Shown here piece by piece: positions 59,001 through 64,000 of a stretch of DNA of 64,000 bases; positions within the stretch are counted from its first letter, which is position 1; each line of letters starts with the position of its first letter. The translations under genes were made by a program, and so were the position numbers. This DNA comes from Gemmatimonadota bacterium. Its GTDB lineage: Bacteria > Gemmatimonadota > Gemmatimonadetes > Palauibacterales > KS3-K002. Under the pieces are notes generated by a model. It did not search any database. It was not told where the DNA came from and saw only the letters and a program-made list of their open reading frames with translations. The stretch is taken from assembly GCA_039586795.1 (NCBI GenBank), contig JBDHJS010000003.1, positions 128,001 to 192,000 of the forward strand. Reading direction: 5' to 3'.

Positions 59001-59483
59001 GTCGGCGCCGCCTTCGATAAGTCCAGTGGCCTGTTCGCAGAACACGTCGACGAGCTGATCGTACGTGATGTTCCCGAGTGTCGGATCGGACGTGCTGGGG
59101 AGAAAGCCGGATGGACCGATGCTCCCGGCCACAAATCGCGGACGTTCGGGGGTCGAGTAATCGTCGGCTGCTTCTCGCGCGACGCGTGCTGCGGCTCGAT
59201 TGATGTCGAGCGTCTTCGCCTCGAGCCCATACTCTAACAGCGTCAGGCGGTTGGCGCGGAAGCTATCCGTTTCAAGCACATCGCAACCGACTTCAAGAAA
59301 CGATGCGTGGATCTCTCGGATGGCATCGGGCTTCGAGAGCACGAGATGGTCGTTACACCCTTCGAGCTCGGGGCCGCCAAAGTCGTCTGCGGAGAGGTTC
59401 ATCGCCTGCACGCTCGTACCCATCGCCCCGTCGTACACGAGGATCCTCTCCTTCAGCGTCTCGAGGTACTTGCTCTCCCTCAA
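56016..59483 (-). CDS. metH: Cobalamin-dependent methionine synthase
   Basis: DGAMGT, GLNCS and GGCCGT (Zn ligands), IGERVN pterin domain, DVHDIGKN B12 motif, RYSWGYGACP. TTG 59483 has better spacing to AAGGAG than 59489. Confidence 0.97.
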   Translation of the reverse strand: MRESKYLETLKERILVYDGAMGTSVQAMNLSADDFGGPELEGCNDHLVLSKPDAIREIHASFLEVGCDVLETDSFRANRLTLLEYGLEAKTLDINRAAARVAREAADDYSTPERPRFVAGSIGPSGFLPSTSDPTLGNITYDQLVDVFCEQATGLIEGGADVLIVETGQDILELRAAVTGCRRAMKDTGSWLPIQVQPTLDTSGRMLLGTNVEAALVTLEAVGVDAIGLNCSTGPEHMRQPIRFLCGNTNLPVSVIPNAGIPHNVDGVAVYGLTPEELAAAHDEFVSRIGVNIVGGCCGTTPDHLKAVVDRVWGSEPGGREVADVPRVSSAMEAFDMAQNPAPTIIGERVNSQGSRAVKQLLLEDRYDDILGVARDQVEGGAHLLDVCTALTERQDEAEQMRTLVKLLAQGVAAPLVIDTTEVDVVEAALKQNPGRAVINSINLESGRDRIDAVLPHAVEHGAALIALTIDETGMAKTAERKLEIARRIHDICVDEYGIRSADLIFDDLTFTLATGDEEFRKSAIETIEGIRKIKRELPGVLTSLGVSNVSFGLRPHARAVLNSVFMHHCVEAGLDMAIVNAAHITPYAEIDEKQRALADDLIFDRREDALARFIAYYEEHEAEEVEKVDPTSDMSADEAIHWMILHRKKEGIEQLVDTSIEQRGGDNEAAVWVLNNVLLPAMKEVGDKFGAGELILPFVLQSAEVMKKAVARLETYLDQLEGTTKGKVVLATVYGDVHDIGKNLVGTILTNNGYSVYDLGKQVPVNNIIEKAQEVGADAIGLSALLVSTSKQMPLCVQELHSRGLDYPVLVGGAAINPSFVRNAAFVDEAKETVYPSGLFYCKDAFAGLSAVDALTDEAGRDEFISARETEIREGVARREALQEVAKARRAGLAGSTGLTREVTIPLPAFWGVKQLERLPLADLFPLIDLNTLYRLHWGAKNAKGEEWQRLLGEEFEPRLERYKQEALAGGWLRPQAAYGFFPAASDRDDLVVYDPSDFEREIARFPFPRQKEYDKLSLADYFAPAENDARDVVAFQIVTVGDELLEKSEKLMKSGDYSEGYYLHGFGVRLAEAGAEYVHRVIRKELGIDPERGLRYSWGYGACPDHRQHSIVFELLAAREKLGMDLTEAGALIPELATAALVVHHPEAKYFSV

Positions 59484-59489
59484 ACTCAA

Positions 59490-59663
59490 CTCTCCTTAAA
59501 CGAAAAGCCCCGCAGCCGGTGTCGGTCATCCGCGCGCGGGGCGTCGATCGTACGATTTCACGTACAGCTGTCCCGGCACTTTAGACCTTTGTTTCGACAG
59601 GCGCTTCACCTGCCAGGCGGTGGCAAGCGTCCACAAATCCGTCCGCCCGGTGTACGTCTCTCT
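59490..59663 (-). ncRNA. Structured metH 5' leader, candidate SAM-type riboswitch
   Basis: Nested stems ACGTACA/TGTACGT, CCGG/CCGG, GACGG/CTGTC, CGCTT/AAGCG, CACC/GGTG; elements GATTTG, GCTTGC, AAACAA, CTAAAG; downstream GCCCCGC...GCGGGGC-TTTTCGTTT hairpin just before the RBS. Confidence 0.6.
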
Positions 59664-59670
59664 ACATGGC

Positions 59671-59699
59671 AGTATCGCCCGGCGCAGCGGGCCGGTCAA
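59671..59699 (-). promoter_or_regulatory. Candidate sigma-70 promoter of metH
   Basis: TTGACC-N17-GATACT directly upstream of the structured leader. Confidence 0.6.
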
Positions 59700-59866
59700 G
59701 CCCAGAGCGCCCGGGCCTTTCCAGAAGGGCCCGACACGAAAGTCTGGCGCGATCCCGGCTCCCACGTAATTTTGTGGCGACAATAGCACCGCCTTCCCCC
59801 GAATCTGGACAATTCGTCTGCCGGTGCGACGCTGGATTTGACTGGTGGAAAACGAGGAGGATGATG

Positions 59867-60478
59867 ATGAAATCCGTTCGCTTGGCATGTGTACTTCTCA
59901 CCCTTATGCTCGTCCCCGCTGCCGCCCTCGGCCAGACAGGGACGACACCTTTCCTGACGTTGCCCGTCCCTCTGGACAAAGGCGCGTCAGATTTTGGCGG
60001 CTACGTATCGATCGAGGAGGAGATCGACCTGTTCGCCATCTACCGACGCGGGCTCGCTCCTAACTTCGACGGTGGATTGCGCGCGGGCTTCACATCGGCG
60101 GGCGGCGGTGGCGTCAACGTCGGGGCGGACTTCCGTCTGCTCATTGTCGGAGCCTCAGAGGACCTGCCCCTAAGCTTCGCTTTTGTCACGAACGCGCAGT
60201 TCTCGTTCATGAGCGACGTCTTCCTGTTCGCGGTGCCGTTTGGTGTTTCTCTCGGCGCCGAGATCCAGGCCGGCGAAGGGCGACCGCTTTGGCTGTACGG
60301 GCTTCCATACGGGATCTTCGCCTATGCAAATCCGGATGGTCCTATCGAATCGGACACAGACTGGGATATCGGCGCCGAGCTTGGTGGGCAGCTGTGGTTG
60401 AGTGGCGGGCTCTGGCTCACCGCGGCATTAACGGTTCAGAATGACGTGGCATTCGCCATCGGTCTCAACTACCGCTGA
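59867..60478 (+). CDS. Putative outer-membrane beta-barrel protein
   Basis: GAGGAGG RBS, signal peptide (ALG-Q), Gly/aromatic amphipathic strands, C-terminus AIGLNYR. Confidence 0.75.
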   Translation: MKSVRLACVLLTLMLVPAAALGQTGTTPFLTLPVPLDKGASDFGGYVSIEEEIDLFAIYRRGLAPNFDGGLRAGFTSAGGGGVNVGADFRLLIVGASEDLPLSFAFVTNAQFSFMSDVFLFAVPFGVSLGAEIQAGEGRPLWLYGLPYGIFAYANPDGPIESDTDWDIGAELGGQLWLSGGLWLTAALTVQNDVAFAIGLNYR

Positions 60479-60505
60479 GTCGGCGAGTAAGTACACCGTG
60501 CGATG

Positions 60506-60535
60506 AAGAAGGGCCGCCATCCGGCGGCCCTTCTT
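60506..60535. terminator. Bidirectional intrinsic terminator
   Basis: AAGAAGGGCCGCC-ATCC-GGCGGCCCTTCTT between convergent genes. Confidence 0.85.
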
Positions 60536-60559
60536 GTCGTCAAATAAGGAGGTTGTTGT

Positions 60560-62767
60560 CTAAAACGCCTCGCGCAGCGCCGTCCTGACGATGTTCCCGA
60601 CATGCGGCGTTCCCGGGGGTAGCTTCCCTGGATCTCGGAAGTCCGTGTCGAACGACCAATCGCGCCGCGGTGGGAAGTAATAAGAGAGGTTCCAAGTTCC
60701 CGTAGTTTTCTGGCTGGTGAACAGACTCACCAACGAGCCTCTGTAGCGAAACACGACCGAGCTGTTCCCGGCCCGCCAGCGCTCCAGGAATCTCGGGAAG
60801 TTCTCGATCCCCCCGCCGTAGAAATTCTCATTGCCACCTGGACAGCCCGCGCTCTCGTGGTCGCACGGCGTCGGCCAGTGGCCGGCAAGCACCGCCGCGT
60901 TGATCGTGGTTTCGCCGGCGACTCTCTCCTGCCAGTTTCCCGCCCAATTCAGGTAACTGGCGCACGGACTACCGTTCGACGTATTGCCCTCACAGCCGGC
61001 GATATCGGGCAGGTTCTGGATGTCCTGCCAGGCCGTCGATTGGATCGTGATCCCATCCCCGATGAGCGCCGCGGGCCGCTTGACGACGGAGTTGTAGTTG
61101 CCGATCACGTAGACCGGCCATTCGGTCGCCATCGTCATCGGGTTGGGCAGACTGGTACCGTTGCGCATCCGAACTGCCGGGTCGATCGAGGCGTCCGGGA
61201 TTTGATCGAAGAGCAACTGCGTGCCGCCTGTGAGATCCGCTGGCATGCGGAACTCCACGTAGATGATTCGAGCCTCACGCTCCGACGCGCCGCCAACCCA
61301 GCCGGTCAACTGGGACACATCGATCTCCAGTATGTCTTTCAGTTCATTCTCGCGAGCGTCGTAGAATGCCGACCAGTTCCACTGGAAGATGTTGCAGGCG
61401 TCTTCTTGGGACGGCACTTCCTTTCCACCGGTCCGTTCGATCGTGACGATTGGCCACGGAGTTAGATCTAGGTTGATCAGCGAGTTAGCATCAAACAACC
61501 ACTTGGACTTTCCAACAATGTCATTAACAAGCTGTGCATAGCCATCAGCCTCGATGGTGATCTCGATCTCCAGCTCTTCTACGTCATCACCCAGAAACGC
61601 CTGAAACGTGCAGCCATTCACGCCGCCGTTGAAGGTCCACTCGCCGCTATTGATCGCCAGCGTTGCGCGGTTGTCGAATTCATCGCAGGTCAGCGACGGG
61701 TGAGATGCCCTGAACGTGACCCACCCGGCGCCAGGGTACACCGGCTCCAATGCCGAGATGACGATCTCGCCTTCCACTTCGCCCGGTGGCGTGCCCGCAC
61801 CACCGCACACCGCGTCCTTCGTCTGAAGATCGGTCAGGTCTACCGTGACGTACGTATCCGCCAGCCACGCCAACTTCGCTTCCCGCTCGGAATCGCCATC
61901 CGCGTCCTCTTTCACGCGGATTAGCTCGTAGGCCGCCATCCCCTGGGGAAGCGGCAGGCGCAAAGAGTCCACGCCGAACGCATCAGTCATCACGCGACAG
62001 CTGAACTGCGTGCAGCTGCGCGCCTTGAACGCCTCGGCGCCCGGGATGGTTCGGCTGTCGAAGTCGAGAGGATTCTCTATCCCGAACGCATCGTTGATGA
62101 AGACCCCGTTGTTGACGGCGTGGAAGTCCTTCCTGTCGTGAAAGATCTTGTTCGGAGTAGTGATCGGCTCTCTATACCAGGCGTTGCCCGAACTGAGATA
62201 GATGTTCCCATTCGAATGCACGCGACCGACGAATTCCAGGGGTGGTCCGTTGGTCGCTTCAAGGTCCTCTTCGAAAAAGACACCGAACTGGAATATCGGG
62301 ATCGCCTGCGCCTTCGAGCGAAGCACTACGCCCGCTACCGTCCCGTTAGCGTCCTCGACGAGCGAGTAGATGTCGAGCTTCTGGGTCAACGCGTACAGAC
62401 CATTGTACGGCCCGTCGGTAATGGTCTCGACCAGAACGTCACCCTTCCTTTCAACCGCGAAGCTGTCGTAACTGAACCCTTCCAGGTTTGGAGGACTGAT
62501 GGCGAGCAGTTCATCATCGTCGAGGTGACCGTCACCCAGCGCTACGAGTAGCTGCGAAAGAGCCAGCTCGCCGCCCGCTTCCGCCGCGTAGAAGGCTCGC
62601 GCGTCATGGTAATCGAGGCCCGATGAGCGAAGCGAACTCAGCGCCGACCTGACAGCACCAGCGATCACCAGGCCCATGACCGCCAGCACGATTAGTGTCG
62701 CAACTAACGCCAGGCCGCGTGTATCATCGACCGTGCGAGTTAGGGCTTCTCTATCCTTCCATCGCAT
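60560..62767 (-). CDS. Large PilX-like type IV minor pilin
   Basis: RG-LALVATLIVL prepilin-like N-terminus lacking Glu5, AFYAAEAG, GRVHSNGNI, C-terminal GGIENFPRFLERW...PPRRDWSFD...LPPGTP. Confidence 0.85.
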   Translation of the reverse strand: MRWKDREALTRTVDDTRGLALVATLIVLAVMGLVIAGAVRSALSSLRSSGLDYHDARAFYAAEAGGELALSQLLVALGDGHLDDDELLAISPPNLEGFSYDSFAVERKGDVLVETITDGPYNGLYALTQKLDIYSLVEDANGTVAGVVLRSKAQAIPIFQFGVFFEEDLEATNGPPLEFVGRVHSNGNIYLSSGNAWYREPITTPNKIFHDRKDFHAVNNGVFINDAFGIENPLDFDSRTIPGAEAFKARSCTQFSCRVMTDAFGVDSLRLPLPQGMAAYELIRVKEDADGDSEREAKLAWLADTYVTVDLTDLQTKDAVCGGAGTPPGEVEGEIVISALEPVYPGAGWVTFRASHPSLTCDEFDNRATLAINSGEWTFNGGVNGCTFQAFLGDDVEELEIEITIEADGYAQLVNDIVGKSKWLFDANSLINLDLTPWPIVTIERTGGKEVPSQEDACNIFQWNWSAFYDARENELKDILEIDVSQLTGWVGGASEREARIIYVEFRMPADLTGGTQLLFDQIPDASIDPAVRMRNGTSLPNPMTMATEWPVYVIGNYNSVVKRPAALIGDGITIQSTAWQDIQNLPDIAGCEGNTSNGSPCASYLNWAGNWQERVAGETTINAAVLAGHWPTPCDHESAGCPGGNENFYGGGIENFPRFLERWRAGNSSVVFRYRGSLVSLFTSQKTTGTWNLSYYFPPRRDWSFDTDFRDPGKLPPGTPHVGNIVRTALREAF

Positions 62768-62820
62768 CGCTCATCATCTCCGGATGGGGCCGTTCCAGCG
62801 CTCGCTCGAATACCACGGCC

Positions 62821-63789
62821 TCAGGTCCGCGCCTTTTCGTATCTCAGATTGCGCGGAGAGACCGTCCACTGGTAGTTGCGCCTCAGAAGCTCGCCACTGT
62901 TCAGGCGCGGGTCGGCACGATCCGCGCGAAGTGTGACTCTCACCGTCACTGCCACGATGTCGTCAAAGTCGTTGCTGTCATCCGCATCAAAAGGGTCCGC
63001 CCGATCGGACTCGTCGCCGTCGGCAAATACGAAGCTGACCTGAAACTCCTCCACGCCGTAGGCCAGCACGTGCCCCACTGGCGAACCGTCGAAGTTGAGT
63101 CTCGCCGCCCGCATCAGCTGTTCTTCATCGTCCAGATAGTACATGATCGGCTTCACGGCCTGCACGAATGTGCTGAAGCGATCCAGCTGCAGACCACCAC
63201 TCATGCTGGCCGGCTGTCGTAGAACGGTATCGATCGGCGTGAAGGTCAGCTGAAACGACGAATCGCCCGTCACGTTGATTTGCTCGACCAGTATCAGGTG
63301 CCTCTGACCCGGGATCTGCAATCGCGCCAGGTTGCCGGGCTGTAGCTCGAGCGGCGTGACGTCGGGCGGAAGCTTGGCCAGGTCCAAGCACCTGGAGCCG
63401 CACGTACCACCCGGCGGAAGCGGATTGTCGTCGCCGGCCGGCGGTATCAACGAGTGAGGCGGCGCAACATCCGGTTTGTATGGCACGTGTAAGATGACCA
63501 GAGTATCGCCGGTCGCACCGGGCCATACGGCAAGGCTGCCGAACGACATCGTACTGGAGATCTCGATGCCCGCTCTCTGGAGGTCATGTCGGACCGAGAC
63601 GCCTATATAACGACCGTTCCGACTGAGGCTCTCTCTGATCTCACGACCGGCGAGGCTCCGCATCTCTTGGATGACGAAGGCCATGGCGGCACCCAAGACC
63701 ATGACACCCAGGATCAGCGCGATCACCAACTCGATGAAGGTGAAACCATCCGACGCATAGCATCGCTTCCGCAATCGCCCGCCTGCCAC
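62821..63789 (-). CDS. PilW-like prepilin (N-terminal cleavage/methylation domain)
   Basis: GFTFIELVIALILG, HDLQRAG, LAYGVEEFQVSF, VSPRNL. Confidence 0.9.
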   Translation of the reverse strand: MAGGRLRKRCYASDGFTFIELVIALILGVMVLGAAMAFVIQEMRSLAGREIRESLSRNGRYIGVSVRHDLQRAGIEISSTMSFGSLAVWPGATGDTLVILHVPYKPDVAPPHSLIPPAGDDNPLPPGGTCGSRCLDLAKLPPDVTPLELQPGNLARLQIPGQRHLILVEQINVTGDSSFQLTFTPIDTVLRQPASMSGGLQLDRFSTFVQAVKPIMYYLDDEEQLMRAARLNFDGSPVGHVLAYGVEEFQVSFVFADGDESDRADPFDADDSNDFDDIVAVTVRVTLRADRADPRLNSGELLRRNYQWTVSPRNLRYEKART

Positions 63790-64000
63790 TAGGCACCCCC
63801 CGTAAAGATGACCGTCACTAGCTCGAGGGTCCGGGTGCGCCCGAAGCCTGACGGATACACGACCTCGACAGTCGCTCGCACAACGTCCGGCGTGCTCACC
63901 TCGGGTGTCACTACCAAGCTCTTGATGAACGCACCGTTCTCGTTCGGCTCGCCCGTTTCATCGACACGCACGGGGCTCTCGGTGGCAAGCTCGGTCGCGG
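63789..64000 (-). CDS. PilV-like minor pilin, 3' end only
   Basis: C-terminal VVRATVEVVY...TLELVTVI pattern; stop overlaps the PilW-like start; the 5' part lies outside the window. Confidence 0.6.
   Translation of the reverse strand, partial: ATELATESPVRVDETGEPNENGAFIKSLVVTPEVSTPDVVRATVEVVYPSGFGRTRTLELVTVIFTGGA

Overview
A GC-rich bacterial chromosomal segment. The gene content suggests Gemmatimonadota or a similar diderm (ADOP-type permeases, an Oar-like TonB-dependent receptor, VPS10/BNR proteins, alternative complex III); this is inference only. From left to right: (1) a minus-strand surface-glycan tailoring cluster (asnB-type amidotransferase cut by the window edge, methyltransferase, two SDR epimerases, carbamoyltransferase, flippase-like protein, GMC oxidoreductase); (2) a divergently transcribed block with a Ser/Thr pseudokinase and a histidine kinase that both end in the same TM-linker-PEGA tail, followed by a TPR/FlgD-Ig protein, a small beta-barrel, a TonB-dependent receptor and a lipoprotein; (3) purE, tRNA-Arg and a frameshifted CSLREA surface protein; (4) secreted propellers, a GH38-like hydrolase, two ADOP permeases and membrane proteins; (5) a lipoprotein resembling the plant XLG/EDR4 domain and three tRNAs (Gly, Val, Gly); (6) a Vgb-like propeller/heme-Reeler pair and fabH; (7) a complete actABCDEF operon; (8) metH with a long structured leader showing SAM-II-like sequence elements; (9) the end of a type IV minor-pilin cluster. 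I found no CRISPR array, intact mobile element or rRNA. The best novelty candidates are the paired PEGA-tailed pseudokinase/histidine kinase trans-envelope module, the metH leader RNA and the XLG/EDR4-like lipoprotein. All family assignments come from motif recognition by eye; no searches were run.
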